From: Gemmatimonadota bacterium
Lineage (GTDB): Bacteria; Gemmatimonadota; Gemmatimonadetes; Gemmatimonadales; GWC2-71-9
DNA length: 42,932 nt
Direction of reading: 5' to 3'
Assembly: GCA_043769075.1 (NCBI GenBank)
Contig: JAYVJS010000551.1
Span: 1 to 42,932 of the forward strand
How positions within the stretch are numbered: position 1 is the stretch's first letter; each line of letters begins with the position of its first letter. The notes under the pieces are model-generated. The model worked only from the letters and a program-made list of their open reading frames with translations. It searched no databases and was not told the DNA's origin. Shown here in pieces: positions 1-8,703 of this stretch. A program made the translations under genes and the position numbers.

Positions 1-968
1 CGGCGCTCGGCACTCGGCACTCGGTATATGGAGGGGATTTGTTTGGGGAGGTGGAGCGGTTTGCGGAGCTGGCGGGGGAGATTGCGGCGCGGGAGCCGCA
101 TGACGTGATCGACGCGCACGACTGGATCGGGTTTCGGGCCGGGCTTCGGGCGCGGGAGGTTTCGGGCCGGCCGTTGGTGGCCCACATCCACGCGATCGAG
201 TTTGACCGGACCGGCGGGGACGGAGACCCGGAGATCGCCCGGCGGGAACGGAGCGGGTTGATGAGCGCCGACCGGGTCGTCAGCAATAGCTACCGGCTCC
301 GAGATCTTTGTGTGGAACGCTATCAGGTTCCGGCTCACAAATTCGATGTGGTGCACTGGGGTCTGGAGGGAGACTCGGGCGGAGCGGGGGCGGAGATCGG
401 GACGAGTCCGCTCGGGCCCACGACGCCGGTCGTCTTGTTTCTTGGCCGGGTAACCAGCCAGAAGGGGCCTGACTACTTCCTCGAGATGGCCGCCAAAACC
501 GCTCGGTACGTACCCCGGGCCCACTTCATCGTCGCCGGCAACGGCGACATGCTCCCGTATCTGATCGACCGCGCGGCCGAGTTAGGGATTGCCGATCGGG
601 TTCACTTCGCGGGCGGGATCGGACGGCCGGACTTGGAGCGAGTCTACCGAATGGCCGACGTGTGCGTGATGCCCTCTCGAAGCGAACCGTTCGGCTTGGT
701 GGCCCTCGAGAGCCTGTTGAGCGGGACGCCGTGTATTGTCCCGAAGAATGCCGGGGTATCCGAAGTGATTCAAAACGCCTTCAAAATCGATTCCTGGGAT
801 GTCGACGCGATGACTGACCGGGTCGTCGCGATCCTCAAGTATCCGGGCCTCCGCGCCGAACTGAGCGAGCGGGGCCGCCACGAGGTGTCATTGCCACGGT
901 TTGGACTCGAAGAGCCGGCCCGACTGACTGCTCAATCCTATCTCCATGCGATCGCGATGAGAGCCTAA
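1..968 (+). CDS. Glycosyltransferase family 4 (GT-B, glycogen-synthase-like), 5' end cut by window edge
   Basis: Frame 3 is open from nt 3, with no stop before the listed TTG at 39, so the gene begins upstream of the window. The C-terminal GT-B donor-binding region (VMPSRSEPFGLVALESLLSGTPCIVPKNAGVSEV) was recognised by eye. The TAA stop at 966-968 lies 1 nt before the next ATG. Confidence 0.8.
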   Translation, partial: ALGTRHSVYGGDLFGEVERFAELAGEIAAREPHDVIDAHDWIGFRAGLRAREVSGRPLVAHIHAIEFDRTGGDGDPEIARRERSGLMSADRVVSNSYRLRDLCVERYQVPAHKFDVVHWGLEGDSGGAGAEIGTSPLGPTTPVVLFLGRVTSQKGPDYFLEMAAKTARYVPRAHFIVAGNGDMLPYLIDRAAELGIADRVHFAGGIGRPDLERVYRMADVCVMPSRSEPFGLVALESLLSGTPCIVPKNAGVSEVIQNAFKIDSWDVDAMTDRVVAILKYPGLRAELSERGRHEVSLPRFGLEEPARLTAQSYLHAIAMRA

Positions 969-969
969 C

Positions 970-2163
970 ATGCCCGACATTTGTCTCTACGCCCAGGTGC
1001 ACCAACCATTCCGGCTTCGGCGTTACCGGCTGTTCGACATCGGAACCGGGCTCGACTACTTCGACGAGGAGGCCAACGCCGGCATTCTCCGGCGGGTGGC
1101 AGAGAAGTGTTACCTCCCCGCCAACCGGCTCTTGGCCCAGCTGATTCGCCGCTCCGAGGGCCGCTTCAAGCTGGCCTTGAGCCTGAGCGGAACCTTGATC
1201 GAGCAGTTGACGCTCTATGCGCCCGATACGCTGGCCACTTTCCAGGATCTGGTTGATACCGGCGGGGTCGAAATCCTCGGCGAGACCTACTATCACAGCT
1301 TGGCCGGGCTCGCCGACCGAGAGGAGTTTGTCGAGCAAGTCGCCCGGCACCGGAAGTTGATCGAGCGAACCTTTGCCCGGCGGCCCTTCATCTTTCGGAA
1401 TACCGAGCTGATCTACTGGGATGACTTGGCTCCAACGGTCCTTGGGATGGGGTTCCGCGGCATGTTGGTCGAAGGAGCCGATCATGTCTTGGCCGGCCGG
1501 TCACCGAACCAGGTCTACGCCGCGGCGACGGCCCCCGCGCTCCGGCTCATGCCCCGCAACTACCAACTGAGCGACGACGTCGGCTTCCGGTTCTCCCAGC
1601 GCTCGTGGAGCGGGTGGCCACTGACCGCCCCGAAGTACGCCGACTGGCTGAGCCGGAACCAGGGGGAGTCGCTCAACCTTTTTCTCGATTACGAGACCTT
1701 CGGCGAGCATCAGTGGGCCGAGACCGGGATCTTCGACTTCTTGAGCCACTGGCCCGACGAGTGCTTCCAACGGGGCCTCCGTTTCGTGCAGCCGTCCGAG
1801 CTGGCCCGTCGCACACCCACCGGCCCACTGAGTTTCCCCCGCCCCACCTCGTGGGCCGATCAGGAGCGCGACACCTCGGCTTGGCTCGGCAACCATATCC
1901 AGGACTCGGCCCACGACCGTCTGTATCGCCTTGGCCGGGCCCTCCGCGAGCTCGGGGACGCGGCGTTGCTCGAACAGTGGCGGCGGTTGACCACCAGCGA
2001 CCATGTCTATTACATGTGCACCAAGTGGTTTGCCGACGGCGACGTCCACAAATACTTCAGCCCCTACGACTCGCCCTATGACGCCTTCGTCGCGTTCATG
2101 AACGTGCTGGAGGATCTCGAGCAGCGGGCGGCGGCCGACTCGTCTATGCTTGTCGGACGATGA
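970..2163 (+). CDS. Glycoside hydrolase family 57 protein (alpha-glucan acting)
   Basis: 397-aa ORF. The N-terminus ICLYAQVHQPFRLRRY...YFDEEANAGILRRVAEKCYLPAN and the DYETFGEH segment look like GH57. The ATG at 970 is packed against the GT4 stop, and the stop overlaps the next start (ATGA at 2160-2163). Confidence 0.85.
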   Translation: MPDICLYAQVHQPFRLRRYRLFDIGTGLDYFDEEANAGILRRVAEKCYLPANRLLAQLIRRSEGRFKLALSLSGTLIEQLTLYAPDTLATFQDLVDTGGVEILGETYYHSLAGLADREEFVEQVARHRKLIERTFARRPFIFRNTELIYWDDLAPTVLGMGFRGMLVEGADHVLAGRSPNQVYAAATAPALRLMPRNYQLSDDVGFRFSQRSWSGWPLTAPKYADWLSRNQGESLNLFLDYETFGEHQWAETGIFDFLSHWPDECFQRGLRFVQPSELARRTPTGPLSFPRPTSWADQERDTSAWLGNHIQDSAHDRLYRLGRALRELGDAALLEQWRRLTTSDHVYYMCTKWFADGDVHKYFSPYDSPYDAFVAFMNVLEDLEQRAAADSSMLVGR

Positions 2164-2723
2164 CCGCCGCAGCCGACATGTTCGAGGCGCTTTTGATGCC
2201 GTTGTTGGGGAGTGCCTACAGCACCGCCCTTCGGTTGACCCGAAATCCGGCCGACGCGGAAGACGTCGTGCAGGAGGCGGCCCTCCTGGCTTCCCGGGGC
2301 TTCCACTCGTTCCAAACCGGCACCAATTTCAAGGCATGGTTTTTCCGGATCCTCACTAACGCCTACTTCAGCAAGTATCGGCAGCAACGACGCCGGGGGC
2401 ATTCGGTGCCGTTGGAGGACACGCCAGAGCTTTATCTGTTTAGCCAAGCCGCGGCACTCGGATTGCATGGCCAATCAGCCGATCCCGCCGGCGACCTGGT
2501 CGGCAGACTCGACGCCGAGCAGGTCATCGGTGCGTTGGACAGCCTACCGGAGGAGTATCGGGTGGTGGCGACACTGTACTTCGTGAACGACCTCAGTTAC
2601 GAGGCTATCGCGAGTTCGCTCGAGATTCCGATCGGGACTGTGCGCTCTCGCCTTCACCGAGGCCGGCGGATGCTCCAGCGTGCCTTGTGGCGGCTGGCCC
2701 AAGACCACGGCATCAGCCAATGA
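2160..2723 (+). CDS. ECF-type RNA polymerase sigma-70 family factor
   Basis: 187 aa. Region 2 (DAEDVVQEAALLA...FKAWFFRILTNAYF) and region 4 HTH (LPEEYRVVATLYFVNDLSYEAIASSLEIPIGTVRSRLHRGRRML) are present, with no region 3. ATGA overlaps link it to GH57 upstream and the anti-sigma gene downstream. Confidence 0.9.
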   Translation: MTAAADMFEALLMPLLGSAYSTALRLTRNPADAEDVVQEAALLASRGFHSFQTGTNFKAWFFRILTNAYFSKYRQQRRRGHSVPLEDTPELYLFSQAAALGLHGQSADPAGDLVGRLDAEQVIGALDSLPEEYRVVATLYFVNDLSYEAIASSLEIPIGTVRSRLHRGRRMLQRALWRLAQDHGISQ

Positions 2724-2977
2724 CCGAACCGCATCGATTTACCTGCGACGACGTCTTCCGGCGACTCGACGATTATCTCGACCGGGAGCTGTCCGCGGCC
2801 GAGATGCAGTTGGTGGCCGAGCACCTCGACACCTGCGCCCAATGTGCGGCGGAGCATCGGTTCGAAGCCCGGGTCATCGACTCGATCAAGGCCAAGCTGA
2901 GCCAGATCAAGGCGCCTGACCTCCTCCTCAAGCGAGTGGCGAAGGCGCTCGAACAGGAGCGAAACAAGACCGGCTAG
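2720..2977 (+). CDS. Short cytoplasmic ZAS-type (RsrA-like) anti-sigma factor, no TM segment
   Basis: 85 aa counted from ATG 2720, which overlaps the sigma TGA at 2721-2723. H-x3-C-x2-C motif (EHLDTCAQC) plus an upstream Cys9. The C9/H35/C39/C42 spacing equals the C11/H37/C41/C44 spacing of Streptomyces RsrA as I remember it. The listed GTG at 2687 is a less likely start, because the paralog at 15211 begins MTxxHRxTC just like the ATG-2720 form. Confidence 0.8.
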   Translation: MTEPHRFTCDDVFRRLDDYLDRELSAAEMQLVAEHLDTCAQCAAEHRFEARVIDSIKAKLSQIKAPDLLLKRVAKALEQERNKTG

Positions 2978-3002
2978 GAACCGGCGGTCCCGTCCCAGCG
3001 TT
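2977..3002 (+). promoter_or_regulatory. Putative ECF-type promoter P1 (GGAAC-N17-CGTT) upstream of the GH63 gene
   Basis: GGAAC at 2977-2981, a 17-nt spacer and CGTT at 2999-3002. The motif is 40 nt upstream of GTG 3042, and its -35 overlaps the anti-sigma TAG stop. The same exact pattern recurs at 15137 and 18183. Confidence 0.5.
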
Positions 3003-3041
3003 AGCCTCCGAGCCGCAACTCAACTGGCCGGGAGCCTCACC

Positions 3042-5729
3042 GTGTCGCAAGCCCGACGTACCGCCGAATCTGATCGCCTTGCCGCCATCGAACACCACGT
3101 CCCGTGGCGCCGGTGGGGGCCGTATCTTTCGGAGCGCCAGTGGGGCACGGTCCGGGAGGACTATAGCGACAATGGCGCGGCCTGGGACTACTTCCCCCAC
3201 GATCATGCCCGCAGTCGCGTCTATCGGTGGGGCGAGGACGGCCTCGGCGGATATTCCGATCACCTCCAGCGCCTTTGCGTCGGCGTGGCTCTCTGGAATG
3301 GCCGCGACCCGATCCTAAAAGAGCGCCTGTTCGGGCTGACCAACGGCCAGGGGAATCATGGCGAAGACGTCAAGGAGTTGTACTACTACCTCGACGCCAC
3401 CCCGACCCATTCGTACCTCCGGATGCTCTACAAGTACCCCCAAGGCGAGTTTCCCTACCAGCAGTTGATCGGGGAGAACCAGCGGCGAGGCCCCAACGAC
3501 CCGGAATTCGAGCTCCTCGATACCGGACTGTTCGACCAGGACCGGTACTTCGACGTCTCAATAGAGTATGCCAAGGCCGGCCCCACCGACACCCTGCTCC
3601 GGGTGACGGTGGTCAATCGGGGCCCCGAGGCTGCCCCGATCCATGTCCTCCCCCAAGCCTGGTTTCGAAACACCTGGAGTTGGGGCCGGGAGCCCGGCCG
3701 CCCCGTCATGCGGGCCTCCTCGGCCGCCGCCGTGACGGCCGATCATCCGTCGTTAGGCACCACGCATTTGTACTTTGACGGCGGTCCTGAGCTGCTGTTT
3801 GCTGAGAACGAGACCAACACGGCGCTGCTCTACGGCACCCAGGGCCCCGGCCGCGCGGTCAAGGACGGGTTCCACGAGCGGGTGGTTCGAGGTCGGACCG
3901 ACGCAGTCAACGCCGATCGGATCGGGACAAAGGCCGCGGCCTGGTACCAGACGGTGATCGCGGCAGGCGGGACGGCGGTTTTTCAGGCCAGACTGTCCGC
4001 CGAGCCGATCGCGAAGCCGTTCGCCGGTTTCGACGGGATCTTCGAGGCCCGCCTTACCGAGGCCGACGAGTTCTATGCCGACATCCAGCGCGGGATGGAC
4101 GACCCCGATGCCCGGATGGTCCAACGGCAAGCATTCGCCGGGATGATTTGGAGCAAGCAGCTTTACTACTACGATGTCCCCGAGTGGCTCGAGGGCGATC
4201 CAGGCCAACCCACCCCGCCGACGGCCCGCCGGTCGGGCCGAAACCATGACTGGGAACACCTCAACAACGCCGACCTTCTCTCGATGCCCGACGCCTGGGA
4301 GTATCCCTGGTTTGCCGCGTGGGACCTCGCCTTCCACTGCATTCCGCTGGCGCTGATCGATCCTGAGTTTGCCAAGCACCAACTCGTCTTATTGACGCGC
4401 GAGTGGTACATGCACCCGAACGGCCAGCTCCCCGCGTATGAGTGGGCCTTTGGGGACGTCAACCCGCCGGTCCACGCGTGGGCCGCGTGGCGAGTATTCC
4501 AGCTCGACCGAAAGAAGACCGGCAAAGAGGACATCGCGTTCCTCGAGCGAGTGTTCCACAAGTTGATGCTCAACTTCACCTGGTGGGTGAATCGCAAGGA
4601 CGCCCAGGGCCGGAACGTGTTCCAAGGCGGATTCCTCGGCCTCGACAACATCGGAGTGTTCGACCGGGGCGCACCGCTGCCTGGGGGCGGGTTCTTGAAT
4701 CAGGCCGACGGCACCGCCTGGATGGCGATGTATTCGCTCAACCTGATGCGGATCGCCCTCGAATTGGCGATGCACAACCGGGTCTACGAGGACATTGCGA
4801 CCAAGTTCTTCGAGCACTTCCTCCATATCGCCGAGGCCATGACCAAGATCGGCGGCGACGCCGCGGGATTGTGGAACGAAGAAGACCAGTTCTACTACGA
4901 CGTGCTCAACACCGACGACGACCGTCAGATTCCGCTCAAGATTCGTTCGATGGTCGGGCTGATTCCGCTGTTCGCCGTCGAGACGATCGACCAGAGCATG
5001 CTCGATGCCCTCCCGGAGTTTGCCGGACGGCTCAAATGGTTCCTCGACAACCGGCCCAAACTGGCCGCTCTGGTGGCCAAGTGGGACGTACCCGGCCACG
5101 GCGAACGGCGCCTCCTATCGCTGGTGCCCGGCCGACGGATCGGCCCGATCCTCGAACGGCTCCTTGACGAAACCGAGTTCCTGTCGGACTACGGTGTCCG
5201 CGCGGTGTCCCAGTTTCACCGTGATCATCCCTATCAACTCGAGGTCGGCGGCCAGAGTCTCTCCGTTCGCTATCAGCCGGGAGAGTCCGACTCGGGGTTG
5301 TTCGGGGGAAACTCGAATTGGCGGGGCCCGATTTGGATGCCGGTGAACTACCTCTTGATCGAGTCGCTCCAGCGATTCCATTACTACTATCACGACCAGC
5401 TGATGGTGGAGTGCCCGAAGGGATCGGGCCGTCAGGTCACGATCGACCAGGCGGCCGCGGAGATCTCGCAACGGTTAACCCGGCTCTTTCTCAAAGACGG
5501 AGCCGGACGGCGCCCGGTCCTCGGGTACCATCCCAAGCTTCAGAACGATCCCCATTTCCGCGACCACGTCCTGTTCCACGAGTACTTCCATGGCGAGACC
5601 GGCCGAGGCGTCGGGGCCTCGCATCAGACCGGATGGACCGGCTTGGTCGCCAAACTGTTGATGCCCCGCCCGGTCCATCAGGCCCGGGGCACCGACGATT
5701 ACCATCACCACACCAAGGTGGCCCTATGA
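3042..5729 (+). CDS. GH63 / MGH1-like glucosidase (about 890 aa bacterial type)
   Basis: 895-aa ORF. The N-terminal WRRWGPYLSERQWGTVREDYSDNGAAWDYFPHDHARSRVYRWGEDGL and the later (alpha/alpha)6-type segments are typical of bacterial GH63 'glucosidase' proteins. GGGAG lies 7 nt upstream of GTG 3042. Confidence 0.85.
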   Translation: MSQARRTAESDRLAAIEHHVPWRRWGPYLSERQWGTVREDYSDNGAAWDYFPHDHARSRVYRWGEDGLGGYSDHLQRLCVGVALWNGRDPILKERLFGLTNGQGNHGEDVKELYYYLDATPTHSYLRMLYKYPQGEFPYQQLIGENQRRGPNDPEFELLDTGLFDQDRYFDVSIEYAKAGPTDTLLRVTVVNRGPEAAPIHVLPQAWFRNTWSWGREPGRPVMRASSAAAVTADHPSLGTTHLYFDGGPELLFAENETNTALLYGTQGPGRAVKDGFHERVVRGRTDAVNADRIGTKAAAWYQTVIAAGGTAVFQARLSAEPIAKPFAGFDGIFEARLTEADEFYADIQRGMDDPDARMVQRQAFAGMIWSKQLYYYDVPEWLEGDPGQPTPPTARRSGRNHDWEHLNNADLLSMPDAWEYPWFAAWDLAFHCIPLALIDPEFAKHQLVLLTREWYMHPNGQLPAYEWAFGDVNPPVHAWAAWRVFQLDRKKTGKEDIAFLERVFHKLMLNFTWWVNRKDAQGRNVFQGGFLGLDNIGVFDRGAPLPGGGFLNQADGTAWMAMYSLNLMRIALELAMHNRVYEDIATKFFEHFLHIAEAMTKIGGDAAGLWNEEDQFYYDVLNTDDDRQIPLKIRSMVGLIPLFAVETIDQSMLDALPEFAGRLKWFLDNRPKLAALVAKWDVPGHGERRLLSLVPGRRIGPILERLLDETEFLSDYGVRAVSQFHRDHPYQLEVGGQSLSVRYQPGESDSGLFGGNSNWRGPIWMPVNYLLIESLQRFHYYYHDQLMVECPKGSGRQVTIDQAAAEISQRLTRLFLKDGAGRRPVLGYHPKLQNDPHFRDHVLFHEYFHGETGRGVGASHQTGWTGLVAKLLMPRPVHQARGTDDYHHHTKVAL

Positions 5730-6583
5730 CCGCTGCAACCGCTCGGACGGCGAACTCACCTTTCATGGAACGACCGATGGCCAAGCTTCTTAGCGGCCAG
5801 AAGGTGCTCGTCACCGGTGCTAGTTCCGGGATCGGAAAATCGATTGCGATGGCCATGGCCTCGGCCGGAGCCGACGTCTGCGTCAACTACCCCGTGGAAG
5901 CCGAGATGGCCAAGGCTATCGAGGAAGTCGAAGACATCCGGGCCCACGGCGGCCGTGCCTGGGCCCACCAATGCGATGTGTCGAATGAAGCCGAGGTCAT
6001 CGCGATGTTCGACCGGATTCGGAAAGAGATGGGGACGGTGGACATCGTGGTGGCGAATGCCGGAATCCAGCGCGACGCCCGGTTTGAGGACATGACCCTG
6101 GACCAATGGAACCGGGTCATCGGCGTCAACTTGACCGGGCAATTTTTGTGCGCCCGCGAGGCCGTCAAGGAGTTCAAGCGGCGGGGATTTCACTCCGTGT
6201 CCCGGTCGTTGGGCAAAATCATTTGCATGAGTTCGGTTCACGAGGTCATTCCCTGGGCCGGCCACGTCAACTACGCCACGTCGAAGGGTGGCGTGATGTT
6301 GATGATGAAGAGCATTGCGCAAGAAGTGGCCCCCGCGGGGATTCGGGTCATGAGCATCGCGCCCGGGGCGATTCGGACCCCGATCAACCGCGACGCCTGG
6401 GAAACCCCGGAGGCCTATCAGAGTCTCCTCAAGCTGATTCCGGCCAAGCGGATCGGCGAGCCTGAGGATATTGCTCGGACGGCGGTGTGGCTGGCGTCGG
6501 ACGAAGCCGACTACATCACTGGAACGACGACGTTCGTGGACGGCGGGATGACGCTTTATCCCGGGTTCGAAGCCGGCGGCTGA
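5726..6583 (+). CDS. Glucose 1-dehydrogenase-like short-chain dehydrogenase (SDR)
   Basis: TGASSGIGKS Rossmann motif. MSSVHEVIPWAGHVNYATSKGG...PGAIRTPIN and the C-terminus DGGMTLYPGFEAGG closely resemble Bacillus glucose 1-dehydrogenase as I remember it. ATG 5726 overlaps the GH63 TGA (ATGA). An alternative start at 5777 (MAKLLSGQKVLVTG) fits homolog N-termini better. Confidence 0.8.
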   Translation: MTAATARTANSPFMERPMAKLLSGQKVLVTGASSGIGKSIAMAMASAGADVCVNYPVEAEMAKAIEEVEDIRAHGGRAWAHQCDVSNEAEVIAMFDRIRKEMGTVDIVVANAGIQRDARFEDMTLDQWNRVIGVNLTGQFLCAREAVKEFKRRGFHSVSRSLGKIICMSSVHEVIPWAGHVNYATSKGGVMLMMKSIAQEVAPAGIRVMSIAPGAIRTPINRDAWETPEAYQSLLKLIPAKRIGEPEDIARTAVWLASDEADYITGTTTFVDGGMTLYPGFEAGG

Positions 6584-6587
6584 CCGT

Positions 6588-7052
6588 CTAGCGCGGTTTG
6601 GTTCGTGTCGCCATCCGGTGGATTGCCTCAACTGAGCGAGCGATACGCCGCGCTCGGGTTTCCGGCGCCTTGGCCCCCTCGATCGACTCGACATGTTCAC
6701 GGCGGTGGGTGTAGCTGAGCTCTCCCCATCGCTCCCGAGCCGGCGGCATCGCCTTCAGGGCCTTGGCGAAATCGGCCGGCGGCTTGACCACCCGTTCCTC
6801 AGTATCGAGTTCGAGTCGGACCTCGATCGTTTCGCCGCCCTCTAAACCCGCCGCTTCGCGGTTGCTCTTCCGGAGGGGAACGCACGGCGGACCACCCATG
6901 GCCGCGATGGTACTCCGATAGGTGTGACCGTTCAGGGTCACTTTGACGGGAGCCCGGACCTTGCCGAACACGGCCTTGGGATCGAAGGTCAGGGGCACAA
7001 AGCACATCGAACCGTCGCGGACGATCGTGGTTCTGAAGGTTTTCGAAGCCAT
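6588..7052 (-). CDS. DUF1905 / YdeI-like protein
   Basis: 154 aa from ATG 7052 (MASKTFRTTIVRDGSMCFVPL...VKVTLNGHTYRSTIAAMGG...). It has a DUF1905 beta-barrel-like N-terminus plus a YdeI/OmpD-associated-like C-terminus. It converges on the SDR gene with a 4-nt gap. Confidence 0.7.
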   Translation of the reverse strand: MASKTFRTTIVRDGSMCFVPLTFDPKAVFGKVRAPVKVTLNGHTYRSTIAAMGGPPCVPLRKSNREAAGLEGGETIEVRLELDTEERVVKPPADFAKALKAMPPARERWGELSYTHRREHVESIEGAKAPETRARRIARSVEAIHRMATRTKPR

Positions 7053-7370
7053 CGGCGAATAGTGCCTCGGATTCGCTCTCACCGCCAGCTGTGCCGTCGC
7101 CAGCGGTGCTCGCACGAGGGTTGATCGGCTGGCTACGGCTGCTTGATCTGCTCAACAAAGAGGCCGGGTCGCCGGAAAGACTCTCCGCATAGCGAAACAG
7201 CCCGTCATGGCAACCGGCAAACAGCGCCTCGAATGCGCCGGGGTCGGACCCGGCCAGCCGGCTAACGAGGTCGGGTCCCACTTCCATGTCCGAGTAGACC
7301 CCCGTCATATATCCTCTCTACCCGTCAGGCCGGTCCAGTGACCAGTAGGGGGGAAGGGGACCAGGGAGCC

Positions 7371-7832
7371 TTACTCAAGATGACTCCGCAGCATCCAGGC
7401 GTTCTTGTCGTGTTGCTGCAGGCGGCGGGTGGCCAAGTCGGCCGAGCCGGTGTCGCCGTCCTTCTCAGCCGCCGCGATCACCGATTCGGCCGATCGCGCC
7501 AACAGCGCTTGATCCTCCACCAAGATCTGAATCATTGCCTTGGCTTTGACGGGGCCCACCGACTCGCGAACGGTCGCAATCTTGGCGAACTCGGTGAAAC
7601 TCCCCGGCACCGGGTCGTTCAAGGCGCGGACCCGCTCGGCGATTTCGTCGATCGCCAGCGCGAGATCGGTATACTGATTCTCGAATAGCGTGTGCAGCGT
7701 GGTGAACATCGGGCCCGTCACGTTCCAGTGAAAATTCTGGGTCTTCAGGTACAGGGTGTAACTGTCGGCCAACATGGCCGTGAGGGCGGTCGCCGTGGCA
7801 TGGCCGGATCGCGATTGCGTCTTGTTCGACAT
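7371..7832 (-). CDS. dps: Dps (DNA starvation/stationary phase protection, ferritin-like)
   Basis: 153 aa from ATG 7832, with GGAG upstream. LADSYTLYLKTQNFHWNVTGPMFTTLHTLFENQYTDLALAIDEIAERVRAL is a classic Dps ferroxidase-site region. The longer listed ORF (to 7916) would overlap the upstream SDR gene. Confidence 0.9.
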   Translation of the reverse strand: MSNKTQSRSGHATATALTAMLADSYTLYLKTQNFHWNVTGPMFTTLHTLFENQYTDLALAIDEIAERVRALNDPVPGSFTEFAKIATVRESVGPVKAKAMIQILVEDQALLARSAESVIAAAEKDGDTGSADLATRRLQQHDKNAWMLRSHLE

Positions 7833-7912
7833 CTGGAAACTCCAAGTTGAGGATGGGTGCGGGCGGGTGGACAGTCGACCCGACCGCGGGGCCGGCGCAA
7901 AACCGGAGAGCG

Positions 7913-8611
7913 TCATACCCGCACCGCCGACATTCCGCCGTCAACCGCCCACACTTGGCCGGTGATCCACTTGGCCTGGTCACTCAGCAAGTACAAAGCG
8001 GCCTCGGCGAGGTCTTCGGGTTGACCGATCTGCTTGAGTGGGTGCCGGTCACGAATCGCCTGAATCCGAGCCTCGGTGGTGAGCATTCGTGAACTGAGCG
8101 GGGTGTGGGTAATGGATGGGGCCAGGGCGTTGACGCGAACCGAAGGCGCCCATTCGGCGGCGAGCGACCGGGTCAGGCCCTCGACCGCGCCCTTGGCCAT
8201 GGCGACCGAGGCATGAAAGGGCATCCCCTGTTGGACGGCGACGGTACTGAACAGGACGACGCCCGGGTGGTGCCCTGCCTTCAGCGCGGTGCCGGCCGCT
8301 TGAAGCGCTCGGACCGCACCAAGCGCGGAGACCTTGAAGTCATCCAGGAAGTCGGACTCTTGGAGACTTCGAAATGGTTTGAGGTTGATGCTACCGGGAC
8401 AGTAGACCAGGCCATCCAGAGCAGCCGGGATACCGAGCGTGGCCAGATCCACCTCCAACACATCGGCGCCGATTTCCACGAGATCCGGGGACGATAAACC
8501 GGAGGCCCGCCGGGAAAGGCCGATCACCGTATGGCCCAGGGTCAGGGCAGTCTTGGCTACAGCAAACCCAATACCGCTCGAATGGCCAACGATCAGATAG
8601 GTTCGTTTCAT
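7913..8611 (-). CDS. SDR family oxidoreductase
   Basis: 232 aa. It has N-terminal IVGHSSGIGFAVAK, a catalytic-region MAKGAVEGLTRSLAAEWAP and C-terminal ITGQVWAVDGG. Confidence 0.85.
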   Translation of the reverse strand: MKRTYLIVGHSSGIGFAVAKTALTLGHTVIGLSRRASGLSSPDLVEIGADVLEVDLATLGIPAALDGLVYCPGSINLKPFRSLQESDFLDDFKVSALGAVRALQAAGTALKAGHHPGVVLFSTVAVQQGMPFHASVAMAKGAVEGLTRSLAAEWAPSVRVNALAPSITHTPLSSRMLTTEARIQAIRDRHPLKQIGQPEDLAEAALYLLSDQAKWITGQVWAVDGGMSAVRV

Positions 8612-8651
8612 CGATCATCTTCTGGTGGATGCGAGTCGTTCGGGTCGATAG

Positions 8652-8681
8652 AAAAAAGGGCGGCTCTCGCCTGAGCCGCCC
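8652..8681 (-). terminator. Rho-independent terminator of the fasciclin gene
   Basis: On the - strand it reads GGGCGGCTC-AGGCGA-GAGCCGCCC followed by TTTTTT: a perfect 9-bp GC stem, a 6-nt loop and a T6 tract. It starts 23 nt after the stop at 8704. Confidence 0.85.
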
Positions 8682-8703
8682 GTTATTCCGGTTCGAAGCT
8701 GAC

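Noticed and set aside
2687-2719. Upstream GTG start (2687) for the first anti-sigma gene, and long N-terminal extensions listed for many ORFs (for example 5318, 9747, 15016, 15324, 17336, 18156, 18254, 21323, 22810, 28573, 33992, 35530).
   Set aside because: The extensions overlap the preceding gene in another frame and encode Arg/Pro-rich junk. Internal ATG/GTG starts with an SD, ATGA/GTGA coupling or homolog-like N-termini fit better.
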